A DNA stretch of 64,000 nt from Candidatus Bathyarchaeia archaeon (GTDB lineage Archaea; Thermoproteota; Bathyarchaeia; Bathyarchaeales; Bathycorpusculaceae). The stretch's first letter is position 1; each line of letters starts with the position of its first letter. The notes beneath the pieces are model-generated. The model saw only the letters and a program-made list of their open reading frames with translations, ran no database searches and was not told the DNA's origin. The translations under genes and the position numbers were made by a program. Of the stretch, positions 1 through 9,044 are shown piece by piece. The stretch covers positions 96,001 through 160,000 of the forward strand of contig JAVZNE010000001.1 in assembly GCA_038882975.1 (NCBI GenBank), in the 5' to 3' direction.

Positions 1-1
1 G

Positions 2-973
2 AACTACTATTGGTAGGGCTATTGTTGCGTCACAGTAGCACTGCACATTCCGTCCCTCCTTGGCTTCCTTACCCCAGCTTATGGCTTCCTCAAAAGTGCA
101 GCCAGAAAGCCCACCCCAATGAGGCGCGTCAGTCGTAATCTGTATGGCATACTTGTGTGGGTAAGTTCTCTCATATTTTCTGGATTCTGTTAGGCTTCTT
201 CCAACCGTTGTTAGTTGGATGAAGTCTTTTGGCACGCCGCCGCCAATGTAGATTACGGCGCTTTCTGGAGCTGCCTTAGCCTTTATATCAACAAGCTGTT
301 CAAAGTCCCGCATCTGGTCTATGGTTATGTCGAAGTTGCTTTCAAGCTTCCTGTTTAGGAGGTAGGCGATCCCATAGCCGCTGTCAACTATGGCTGGACA
401 GAAGACTGGCACTTTATTCTCGTAGGCTGTTGCAATTATGCTTTTAATCCCCATCTGTGAAAGCTCTTTCCCGAAAAGGTGGAGAAACTCAGCTGAGGAA
501 TATTTGCGGTTTAGGCTTAACTTTTTCATGAAGTTGGCGATTAGGCTTTCCATTTGGCGGTATTCAAGCTCGTCTGCAAAAACATCGTAAAAACGGTCAA
601 TTTTATATTGTAAAAGTTGGTGGTCATCCACCATGTGGTGTCCCTGCCAGTAAGTGCCTCCCATGGCTTCCAAAATGTCTTCTGAAATGTTTGCGCCTGT
701 GGAAACAATAACGTCGATAAAGCGTTTTTCAATAAGCCAGTTAACAATTTTCCACTGTCCAGTGGTGCTCATGGAACCGGCATACCCGAAAAAGATTACA
801 ACGTCGTCTTTGAGCATTTCCTCCCAAACTTCGACAACTTCGCCAAGTTTTCGGCCTTGAAAACCAGTTTTAGCCATTTCCGCAAGCAGTTCCGAGATTT
901 TCCTTGGAGTTTTAACCTCTATCGGCTCAAGCTTCCTTCTAAAGAATGGAGTTTGCCTTTTCTCCCTTATCAC
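2..973 (-). CDS. dys: Deoxyhypusine synthase family protein (3' end runs off the window)
   Basis: Not in the ORF track. Manual translation from GTG at 973 gives MAKTGFQGRKLG...IVSTGANISEDI...IDRFYDV...PVFCPAIVDS...YIGGGVPK...TDAPHWGGLSGCTFEEAISWGK...CDATIALP, which are DHS motifs including the catalytic Lys in EAxSWGK. Confidence 0.9.
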   Translation of the reverse strand, partial: MIREKRQTPFFRRKLEPIEVKTPRKISELLAEMAKTGFQGRKLGEVVEVWEEMLKDDVVIFFGYAGSMSTTGQWKIVNWLIEKRFIDVIVSTGANISEDILEAMGGTYWQGHHMVDDHQLLQYKIDRFYDVFADELEYRQMESLIANFMKKLSLNRKYSSAEFLHLFGKELSQMGIKSIIATAYENKVPVFCPAIVDSGYGIAYLLNRKLESNFDITIDQMRDFEQLVDIKAKAAPESAVIYIGGGVPKDFIQLTTVGRSLTESRKYERTYPHKYAIQITTDAPHWGGLSGCTFEEAISWGKEAKEGRNVQCYCDATIALPIVV

Positions 974-1071
974 CGAATTTCAACTCCACAATTTTGGAAT
1001 GCTTTATTTTCAAAACCTCACTTTTAAATTTTTAGTTTCCAGAAAAACCGCTAATATTACGTGCCAATTCT

Positions 1072-2049
1072 TTAAAAAATGTAAAGGTTTCCAACACTGT
1101 TCCAAACGAAGGCTTCTGGCATGGCTCCTGCAATTGCAAAGGCACCCCTCCAGCCAGTGCAGTGCATAGGCGCAACCAGTTCTGGCTTTAACTGTTTGAG
1201 TGCTTCCACGGTTTTGCCGATGCGCTCTTCACACTCTCTACCAGATAAGTGGAAACCGCCAATTATAGCGTGGACTTTCTTGATTCCAGTAATTTGCCGA
1301 ACATAAAGCACAGTGTTAACTATCCCAGCGTGGGCGCAACCAGACAATATAACAAGCCCCTTATTTTTTACATGAACGGCTAATGCTCGGTCATCCCAAA
1401 CCCAGGGGTCAGGCTTCCATTCGCCGTCAATAAAAGCGCGTTGCTGCGTATAGCCCTTCTCAAAGTCTGTTTTTCTCGGAATTTCTCCAGTAACAAGCAC
1501 CAAGCCATCAGCCAGCAGATAAGGTTCTTTTGTTTTCAAGAATTTGGCTGGGCGTATTTGAGCTTCTTTTGGGAATTCTGGATAACGCCTAACAGAACCA
1601 TCAGAAGCGGCGACACCTCTAATCTTAAACATGTCTTCATGCACTATTATGGGTAAGTCCGCTTTACCAATGGCTTTGATGAAGTTCTGTAGTCCGCCGA
1701 AATGGTCATAGTGCCCATGAGATAAGACAATAGCCTCAATCTGCCCCAAGTTTATGCCCATGCTACACGCGTTTGAAACAGCTCCTTGTGGGCTTACACC
1801 AGTGTCAAAGAGCAAAGTGTGCGACTTCCCATCGCAAGACGCTGTAACAAGCATTGACAAGCCATGCTCAGCTATTGGTAGGCGAAAATTCCTTTCAAAC
1901 CATTCATTGCCCATGCGCTTTGCAACCCAGCTCCGAACACCTTGGACTTCCCGCCGGTTGATGGACGATACGAAGTCCACACAGTTGTCCATTAAACATA
2001 TTACTTCTAAACTTTCAGCCTCCCTGAGCGATACACCTATATCGGACAA
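1072..2049 (-). CDS. MBL-fold metallo-hydrolase (archaeal pterin-synthase-like subfamily)
   Basis: AEHGLS, LFDTG, SHGHYDHFGG, SGCAHAG, GGFHL and PMHCTG motifs. Start placed at TTG 2049 downstream of GGAG. Confidence 0.85.
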   Translation of the reverse strand: MSDIGVSLREAESLEVICLMDNCVDFVSSINRREVQGVRSWVAKRMGNEWFERNFRLPIAEHGLSMLVTASCDGKSHTLLFDTGVSPQGAVSNACSMGINLGQIEAIVLSHGHYDHFGGLQNFIKAIGKADLPIIVHEDMFKIRGVAASDGSVRRYPEFPKEAQIRPAKFLKTKEPYLLADGLVLVTGEIPRKTDFEKGYTQQRAFIDGEWKPDPWVWDDRALAVHVKNKGLVILSGCAHAGIVNTVLYVRQITGIKKVHAIIGGFHLSGRECEERIGKTVEALKQLKPELVAPMHCTGWRGAFAIAGAMPEAFVWNSVGNLYIF

Positions 2050-2071
2050 TTGACAGCGCACTCCTGCTTGT

Positions 2072-2830
2072 TTAGAGGAATAGGTCCTTTTCCCTTGGTC
2101 TAATAAGTTCCGCAGCCCTCGCATCCTCGGATTTTATGTACTTATAGCCTCGGATTATAGCCACCGGAATCCCCTCATCCGCCTGCCCAATAACAAGCTC
2201 GGCTGCCGAGCAGAGCTCATCGGCAACGGCTGTCTGCTTTACACGTAAAACATAACCAAACAAGTCCTTTTCACCTCTGCGGTCTCTTATGGGCTTCAAG
2301 CCTGAAACGCCAACAGCAACATTTATTTCGCCTTCTCTTAGGGGTCTGCCATGCGTGTCGGAAATTATGACAGCCACATCGCAGCCCGTCAAACGCCTTA
2401 TCTCACGCCTAATCTTGGCGGCGGAAGCGTCGGGGTCTTCTGGAAGCAAAGCCACAAAGCGTTCCCCAGGCACGTTGGATTTGTCAACCCCTGAATTAGC
2501 ACAGACAAAACCGTGCCTCGTTTCGGTGATTATTTTTCCATCAGCCATTCGTCTAATGCTCTTCGCTTCTCTAAGGACAACCTCAACCATGGCAGGGTCC
2601 TTATCGTAAAGTTCCGCTATAGTTTTCGCAAACTGTGAGGGTGTAACCTCATCCAAGTTTATAACCCGACCCTCAGCCCTCGAAACAACAACATGCGTAA
2701 CAACTATTATGTCGCCGTTCTGTATTGGTGTTCCTTGACGCTCAGCAGCCTTGCAAATGAGCTCTGCGAGGTTGTCTCCAGCCTTTATAATCGGCAAGCC
2801 CTCAACACCAATTATCTGGATTACGTTCAT
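2072..2830 (-). CDS. cofE: Coenzyme F420-0:L-glutamate ligase
   Basis: GLPIIKAGDNL, SRAEG, CANSGVDKSN, LLPEDPDASA, ISDTHGRPLREG, DLFGYVL, DELCSAA and GQADEG motifs. Confidence 0.93.
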   Translation of the reverse strand: MNVIQIIGVEGLPIIKAGDNLAELICKAAERQGTPIQNGDIIVVTHVVVSRAEGRVINLDEVTPSQFAKTIAELYDKDPAMVEVVLREAKSIRRMADGKIITETRHGFVCANSGVDKSNVPGERFVALLPEDPDASAAKIRREIRRLTGCDVAVIISDTHGRPLREGEINVAVGVSGLKPIRDRRGEKDLFGYVLRVKQTAVADELCSAAELVIGQADEGIPVAIIRGYKYIKSEDARAAELIRPREKDLFL

Positions 2831-2980
2831 GAAACATCACGGACATGTTATATGCGGATGTCCCTTATAATTTCCGCTATTTTAACACAGAACAATGTTT
2901 TAAAACCATGGTTTTAGCGGTTTGTATGCAAAAGTTTTTTAATGTTAAAGTTTTTCTCTCTAAAGGCGAGATGAACTGCG

Positions 2981-3706
2981 ATGAAAATATTGCATGAGTT
3001 TGTCCCAACACGCAAATTTTTGAAACTGGCGGAGGAAGTTAAAGACCTTGTTGACGGATGGAACATAACTGACAGCGCCGCCGGAATGCCAGCACCCAGC
3101 GGCACAGCGGTGGGATGCGTCCTCAAAAGCAAATATCCAGAAAAAATTGTCATACCGATATTCATACTCCACTACAAAGGACCAGTGGAGGTTGGAGGCT
3201 TGGCTTTGGCTGCAGATGCTGTGGGCTTGGATGGGCTTGTAATTACAATGGGAGACATACCAAAATACGGTGAGCCCATAAAAATGTTCAAATCCTCAGA
3301 GGAAGCTAGAGACTTCCTACGCACAACAATACGCCTAAAAACCGTTAAACTTGGATGCTTGCTTACAGCACGCCGAACCATAGAAGAAACCATAGCAAGA
3401 GCTAAAGAACCATGGGACTTCGTCTTCTTCATGAGGCTTGAAGACAAAACTTTCCCAGCGCTGGAAAATGTGGCGAAAGAGTGCAAACGCTTAAACAAGC
3501 CTATATACACATACTTCCTCGTTGGAACACCCAAAAACGCTGAAATGGTCAAACTAATCGGGTGGCCGGTAACAACAACCATGGATAAGGTTGAGGAAAC
3601 AGCATCAAAACTTGAGGGTTTGGTGGACGGCGTCATAGCAACATGCGCCGGAGACTATGAAGGAGACAAAGAACTCCTAACAAGACTTCAAAAGTTTAGA
3701 AAATAG
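2981..3706 (+). CDS. Methylenetetrahydrofolate reductase-like FAD-linked TIM-barrel protein
   Basis: N-terminal EFVP, NITDSAAG and LVITMGD resemble MetF-family motifs. Short (241 aa) and divergent. Confidence 0.55.
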   Translation: MKILHEFVPTRKFLKLAEEVKDLVDGWNITDSAAGMPAPSGTAVGCVLKSKYPEKIVIPIFILHYKGPVEVGGLALAADAVGLDGLVITMGDIPKYGEPIKMFKSSEEARDFLRTTIRLKTVKLGCLLTARRTIEETIARAKEPWDFVFFMRLEDKTFPALENVAKECKRLNKPIYTYFLVGTPKNAEMVKLIGWPVTTTMDKVEETASKLEGLVDGVIATCAGDYEGDKELLTRLQKFRK

Positions 3707-3749
3707 AAGTTAAATCGCCAAACATCCCCTCTCTTTTGCTCCATTGTTT

Positions 3750-4376
3750 CTAACACTGTATCCAAGCATTAAACATTGAAAAAGTTTTTAGCGACTTTCT
3801 TGGCGGAGGCTCCGGCTTCTCGTCGGGATATCCCATTATAACCATTGCTTGAGGCTCAATTTCACGGGGCAAACCCAAAGCTTTTCTCACTGCACTCTGA
3901 CAGAATAATGGCGCGCAAACCCAGCATGCCCCAAGTCCATAATAGTGCGCTAAGAGAAGCATGTTCTGAACGTATGCGGCAACGCTTTGAACACCCATTA
4001 AGTATTCTGCCTTCCGCCTCCTCCTATCCGGATATTTATGCATGTCCTCCATTGACAGACAAACCATGAAGACGACGGGGCTTTTGGTTATCCGCTGCCA
4101 ACTCTCAACCCTAACAGTTTCCTCAGCCTTCTCCCTAGGAACACCATCCTTAAGCATGTCCAAAAGCCAAGCCTTCCCCATCGCTGCGGCAAGCCTCGCC
4201 TTCACCTTATCATCGTCTATTGCAACTACGCGCCAGGGCTGAGCATTGTGCGCTGAAGGAGCCCACCTTGCCAAATCTAAAATGGCGCTTATGACTTCGC
4301 GGGAAACTTTTGTCGGCTTAAACTTGCGGATGCTCCGCCTAGTTTTAATAAGCTCAACTGCGTCCATTTTGGACAC
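3750..4376 (-). CDS. Nitroreductase family protein, similar to FbiB C-terminal domain / FbiE
   Basis: RRSIRKF, APSAHNAQPW and GLGACW, plus FbiB-C-like W..D...DG and MHKYPDRRRRKAEYLM segments. Confidence 0.85.
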   Translation of the reverse strand: MSKMDAVELIKTRRSIRKFKPTKVSREVISAILDLARWAPSAHNAQPWRVVAIDDDKVKARLAAAMGKAWLLDMLKDGVPREKAEETVRVESWQRITKSPVVFMVCLSMEDMHKYPDRRRRKAEYLMGVQSVAAYVQNMLLLAHYYGLGACWVCAPLFCQSAVRKALGLPREIEPQAMVIMGYPDEKPEPPPRKSLKTFSMFNAWIQC

Positions 4377-4425
4377 ATCCCAACAAGCACTTTAAGGCTA
4401 AGAACCAATTTATAGGTGTGGTTTA

Positions 4426-5352
4426 ATGGGTAAGGTTGTGGCGCTTGCAGGCGGCGTTGGAGCAGCAAAACTTTTAAGAGGACTCGTAAAGGTTGTGCCG
4501 CCCAAAAACCTCTTTATAATTGGAAACGTAGGCGACGATATAGAGCTCTACGGACTTCACATAAGCCCAGACCTAGACATAATAATGTATACACTTGCTG
4601 GCATAGTGGACGAGGCAAAAGGCTGGGGGATAGCAGGCGACACCTTTAACTGCCTTGAAATGTTGGGGCACTTAGGATTTGAAACGTGGTTCCGGCTAGG
4701 AGACAAAGATTTGGCAGTTCACATTATAAGAACCAAAATGTTACGGGAGGGCATGACGCTCTCCCAAGCCACAGCAAAATTATGCAAAATGCTTGGAGTT
4801 GAAGCCAACCTCTTACCAATGAGCAACAACCCAGTGCGGACAAAGATTCAATCCGGCAGCATGCTCCTCGAATTCCAAGAATACTTCGTCAAGAGAGGGG
4901 CAACGGACACTGTTACGGACGTAATTTTTGAAGGCGCTGAAAAGGCTGAGCCAACACCGGGTGTTATCCAAGCCATAGAGGAGGCTGAACGAGTAATAAT
5001 TTGCCCTAGTAATCCAATTCTAAGCATAGCTCCAATCCTTGCAATAAAAGCTATAAAAAAGGCACTGGAAAAATCAAAAGCGCCAATAGTGGGCGTAAGC
5101 CCAATAATAGGTGGAAAAGCCCTGAAAGGACCAGCTGACAAAGTGATGGCAAGCATGGGCTTTGAGCCATCAGCCTACGGTGTAGCAAAATATTACGAAA
5201 AACTCCTAAAACACTTTATTATTGATGAAGTTGACAAGGAACAGAAAAGCCGCATAGAAAATCTTGGAATAAAAGTTACAGTAATAAACACGATTATGAA
5301 AAGTCTTGAAGACTCAATTCGCCTCGCAAAAGTTGTGATGGGCATAACATAG
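4426..5352 (+). CDS. cofD: 2-phospho-L-lactate/phosphoenolpyruvate transferase
   Basis: LAGGVGAAKL, NVGDD, ISPDLD, WFRLGDKD, FQEYFV, PSNPILSI and GKALKGPA motifs. Confidence 0.95.
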   Translation: MGKVVALAGGVGAAKLLRGLVKVVPPKNLFIIGNVGDDIELYGLHISPDLDIIMYTLAGIVDEAKGWGIAGDTFNCLEMLGHLGFETWFRLGDKDLAVHIIRTKMLREGMTLSQATAKLCKMLGVEANLLPMSNNPVRTKIQSGSMLLEFQEYFVKRGATDTVTDVIFEGAEKAEPTPGVIQAIEEAERVIICPSNPILSIAPILAIKAIKKALEKSKAPIVGVSPIIGGKALKGPADKVMASMGFEPSAYGVAKYYEKLLKHFIIDEVDKEQKSRIENLGIKVTVINTIMKSLEDSIRLAKVVMGIT

Positions 5353-5416
5353 CGCAGCAAATAATAAAGAGCGCATACCCTACTATTAATGTAGCCTCCA
5401 AAAGCTGGGACAATGA

Positions 5417-6193
5417 TTGAAAATAATAGAAAGGATAGATCAGCAGGTAAGCCAAATAGAAGAGCTTGTAAAGGAGTTGAAGAGCGAGAAAAGTTACAGA
5501 GGAACAGAAAGGCTTGTACAACTAACAATTCAAGCGCTTCTTGATTTGGGGGTTATGGTGCTTTCAGCCGCGGGTGGAAGAACACCTAAAGGATATTCAG
5601 AAATAGGCACTCTGTTATTAGATCTGGGCATCTTAAATGAGAAGGATGCTAAAGTTTTAAGGTCCATGGCTGGCATGAGGAACATTCTGGTACACGCATA
5701 TGCCACAGTCGACAGAAACCTAGTGATGAATTCTGTAAGCAAACTCATGAAAGATGCTCCGAGAATAGCCAGAATACTTAGGGAAGGGATAAAAGGAAAA
5801 GACATAGACCCCCCAACCTTAGAATTTTCTCATAAAAATCTGCAAGAGGTGTTTAAGGGAAGAGTTAAGGCAGCTTTCTTGTTCGGTGGTAGAGCCAAAG
5901 GATACGCTTTGAAGGACGATTATGACATTTCCGTGTATTTCGGAAGGCCCCATAACTTATATAATTTGGGAGAACTCGTTGTGGACTTGGCAAAAGCCAT
6001 GAACATTGAAGAGGATAAAATTGACATTGTTGATTTGGATTCCGCGGCGCCGGAAATTGTGCTTGAAGCATTGAAAGGTATACCGTTATTTGTGGAAGAT
6101 GACTACGTGGTTTTTGAGCTTAAGGTTAAAGCCACTTTGGCGCTATTAGACATAAAGAGTGGAATTCAAGCCTACTACGAAGGTAAGTGCTAG
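5417..6193 (+). CDS. HEPN (DUF86/HepT) - minimal nucleotidyltransferase (MNT) fusion
   Basis: N-half has GMRNILVHAY (RX4H RNase motif). C-half has FLFGGRAKG...DDYDISV (MNT GS/DxD region). Confidence 0.85.
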   Translation: MKIIERIDQQVSQIEELVKELKSEKSYRGTERLVQLTIQALLDLGVMVLSAAGGRTPKGYSEIGTLLLDLGILNEKDAKVLRSMAGMRNILVHAYATVDRNLVMNSVSKLMKDAPRIARILREGIKGKDIDPPTLEFSHKNLQEVFKGRVKAAFLFGGRAKGYALKDDYDISVYFGRPHNLYNLGELVVDLAKAMNIEEDKIDIVDLDSAAPEIVLEALKGIPLFVEDDYVVFELKVKATLALLDIKSGIQAYYEGKC

Positions 6194-6197
6194 AAAT

Positions 6198-6392
6198 TTA
6201 TATTTCGCGGATTTCACATTTAAGCTTCTTTATAACCTCTTCAGCTTTTGAAGGCTCAACTTTTAGAGTGTAAAGCATTTTCGGCGTGCGAAGCTTCAGT
6301 TTCACAACATCTTTTAAGCGCTTGACTGCGCAGTATTCGGCTCTCTCGCTTATTTCAACGAACTTTTCTATGTCGAAGATTTCCGTCGGCAT
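6198..6392 (-). CDS. rpl38e: 50S ribosomal protein L38e
   Basis: MPxEIxDIxxF...KLKLRTPKMLYTLKV pattern; 64 aa. Confidence 0.85.
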   Translation of the reverse strand: MPTEIFDIEKFVEISERAEYCAVKRLKDVVKLKLRTPKMLYTLKVEPSKAEEVIKKLKCEIREI

Positions 6393-6448
6393 GCTAAAGT
6401 CTCCAAACTGATGCTCTTTGCCGGTCTAATTTTTATCTGTTTTGGTCT

Positions 6449-7534
6449 TCACTTGCCCTTAAGCCTATCACAGAACTTGATAAGCTCTTTTTTGGTGGGA
6501 TGCTTGCCCTCGGGGTCTGATATGTAGTAGGCTGCGACAGCATTAGCCAACGTAAGCCTAATAGCGTCGCCCAACCCGTAAACTGTTCCAATTATGTTTC
6601 CAGCATTCCAAGCGTCGCCAGCACCGGTTGCCCTCAAAACTGGAACGTGAAAGGCGGGGACAAGCGTTTCTGTTTCGCTGGTGAAGGTTGCAGAATACTC
6701 TGTTGTGTGAAGGTCTATCCTCGCCCTTAAATGGGAAGCTAGAAACTTTGCAGACTCTTTCGCCAACTCTTCAAAATTCAAGCCTTTCTCGGGTTTTTCA
6801 GCTTTCCCTTTCAGAAGCGAAGCGAAAAAAACTGCCTCATTCTCGTTTAGGCTTAAAACGTCCACCAAGTCGCTTTGCAATACCCTTTCCAGCAGTTTTT
6901 TGGCTTCTTTCTTATTTGGGTTTGGGTCAGCGGTGTCAAAATAAGTTTTGCCTCTCCCCCTTGTTTTGGCATGATAGAAAACGGTTTCAGTCAGCTTCGT
7001 GCCATATTTTCTTGTTCCAGCCCAGTTGAAAACGCATGTGCAATCAGCCCTTTCTATGGTTTCAAAGTCTTCGACGTCTAGGTTTTGTGGTCCAAAATCT
7101 GCCAATGAGCCGACATCCCTAAGCATGACATTAACTTTACCACCATCCGTTTTGAATTCTAGAGCTGTTGTTATTGAGGGCTTTTCCACAATTTTTACAT
7201 GTTTTAGATCGATTCTAGGCGATTTTATATAAAATTTGATTAGTTGAAGCCCAAGCTTGTCCGTGCAAACTATTGGCGTGACCCTAACGCCTAGATTTGC
7301 CAAAGCAGCAGCAGTGTTTATGGCATTTCCACCCCTAAACTCTTTTTGGCTTATTCCATTTATGCTCCCACCCTTCCTTTCCACAACATCCATGAGGCTC
7401 TCGAAAAAGTGGTTTGCGCTTGTGTTTATGCTTACGAACCTGTCGATGAAGAAGTCTGGCATAACAACAACTTCTACTTCTCTCTGCCGACTTTTCAGAA
7501 AATCCTTAACTTCATCTAAATACTCATCCAACAA
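6449..7534 (-). CDS. PfkB/ribokinase-family carbohydrate kinase
   Basis: GGNAIN, SLNENEA and TGAGDAWNAG motifs. Confidence 0.9.
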   Translation of the reverse strand: MLDEYLDEVKDFLKSRQREVEVVVMPDFFIDRFVSINTSANHFFESLMDVVERKGGSINGISQKEFRGGNAINTAAALANLGVRVTPIVCTDKLGLQLIKFYIKSPRIDLKHVKIVEKPSITTALEFKTDGGKVNVMLRDVGSLADFGPQNLDVEDFETIERADCTCVFNWAGTRKYGTKLTETVFYHAKTRGRGKTYFDTADPNPNKKEAKKLLERVLQSDLVDVLSLNENEAVFFASLLKGKAEKPEKGLNFEELAKESAKFLASHLRARIDLHTTEYSATFTSETETLVPAFHVPVLRATGAGDAWNAGNIIGTVYGLGDAIRLTLANAVAAYYISDPEGKHPTKKELIKFCDRLKGK

Positions 7535-7596
7535 GCTTTACGCCTTCCAAAACAAGGTATTGCCAACCAAACAGAATTAACTCTTTTGAAAAGCGT

Positions 7597-8418
7597 TTAT
7601 CCTCCCATAAAAAGGCGGACTAATGCCCAAACAACATCTCCGTAAACCAACGCCAAAACTAAGCCAGCTGTCATGAAAATGAGCATTGGCAGCCCGGGTG
7701 TCACCCAAACTTTTTCGGGGATTTTTCCAGCCTCAACAGCATTTTCCAGCCTTTTAACTATGGCTTCTCTCTCCTCGTCTTTTGGCAGAACCAGGAGCTT
7801 CCTTTTCATTCCGCCTTCTTCTGCGTTTTCCACATCTTCTAGGGGGTATATGTGCCATTTCTCCCTCAACTTTTTAATGTGAACCTTGTAGCCAGTAGCC
7901 ATAACCAAAAGCCTCTTGCCCACCGATGCCTTTCGCTGTTCACCCTCGAAGAGCGGGTTGCCAGTTTTTATGCGCCATAAAATGTTGTGGAATAGTAGGT
8001 ATATGGCTGTTAAGGCCGCCAAAATAACAGAGTTGCTGAAAACCGTTACTGGAAAAAACAAGTTCATTATTGGTGAGGCTTCGCCCATCAAGGGCATTAA
8101 AGGTTTTAGAAGCTCTGATGGGTAGAAGGGTAAAGCCAAAGCTAGACACATCAAAGCCTTCGCGTCTGCCCCGCCGAAGCCCCCAGCATAGAAGAGGATT
8201 ATGGCGAAGGCTGATGTTAAGGCGAAGCACAGCCCATAATAAGGGAGCATTGAGAAGTCGTGGAGGAAAAGTTCGGCGAAGGTTAGGGCGAAGGCTGGTG
8301 GGGCGAAAAGAATCCAGACGCTGTTGCTCACTTCCCGCGTTTTGTAGTCACTCCAAGAGGCATAAAACAAAACGGCTAATGAAAGGGCAATTTTTGCTCC
8401 AATTAACACCGCAATCAT
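7597..8418 (-). CDS. Prepilin/preflagellin peptidase (A24, PibD/FlaK-like)
   Basis: SWSDYKTREV, GGFGGADAK and C-terminal VWVTPGLPM; multi-TM. Confidence 0.92.
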   Translation of the reverse strand: MIAVLIGAKIALSLAVLFYASWSDYKTREVSNSVWILFAPPAFALTFAELFLHDFSMLPYYGLCFALTSAFAIILFYAGGFGGADAKALMCLALALPFYPSELLKPLMPLMGEASPIMNLFFPVTVFSNSVILAALTAIYLLFHNILWRIKTGNPLFEGEQRKASVGKRLLVMATGYKVHIKKLREKWHIYPLEDVENAEEGGMKRKLLVLPKDEEREAIVKRLENAVEAGKIPEKVWVTPGLPMLIFMTAGLVLALVYGDVVWALVRLFMGG

Positions 8419-8521
8419 GAACTTTCCTCGCTAGAATATTATTTGCCCCTGTTTCAAATTGTTGCCAGAATAAGGAGGGCCGATGGGTGTTAAAACTTTT
8501 TCTTGGAGAAATTATAGGGTG

Positions 8522-8953
8522 TTATGGGGCTGTATATGGCTCTATTGGTGTCTCCTGTCCACCTTCAGCCACTGCCTTAAAGTAGTATGTTTTATGCGAT
8601 GTCCAGTTTTGGTTTAACGCTATTTCTACTGTTACATATGTTTTGGCGGCTAAAGGTTTGCTTCCTTCCCAAATTCTTTGGAGGTTGTACATGCTTTCGC
8701 CCATGTAAATACTAACTAGGTTGGTGTCTGAGGTGCCTGTATTCCTCACGGTAACCGTTACATTTTTGCTATTGTGGAAGTAGACGTTTTCAATTTCAAT
8801 CATTACGCCTGCCCGCTGTCCTGCGCCATGCATGTATATCATTATCCATGCGTATGTTACGACTATGGCGGCTACAGCTATTACTATTAGCAGGAGGGTT
8901 GCGAGGATTGGGGATATACCCCTTCTAGATTTCAAGAGGGTTTTGGTTTTCAT
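8522..8953 (-). CDS. Type IV pilin (probable major pilin)
   Basis: Class III signal KSRRG|ISPILATLLLIVIAVAA followed by an Ig-like domain (VTVRNTG). Confidence 0.9.
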   Translation of the reverse strand: MKTKTLLKSRRGISPILATLLLIVIAVAAIVVTYAWIMIYMHGAGQRAGVMIEIENVYFHNSKNVTVTVRNTGTSDTNLVSIYMGESMYNLQRIWEGSKPLAAKTYVTVEIALNQNWTSHKTYYFKAVAEGGQETPIEPYTAP

Positions 8954-9044
8954 GGCGTGTGCACCTTCTGCTGGTTTATGAAATCTGAAGAATACTTATT
9001 TAACTTGTATGAACCCTCAATGTGGATTTCAAGTAAGTTTTGCA

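Noticed and set aside
541-860. Short ORFs 541-747(-) and 654-860(+)
   Set aside because: They are off-frame or antisense shadows of the DHS gene, which the track missed because it runs off the window.
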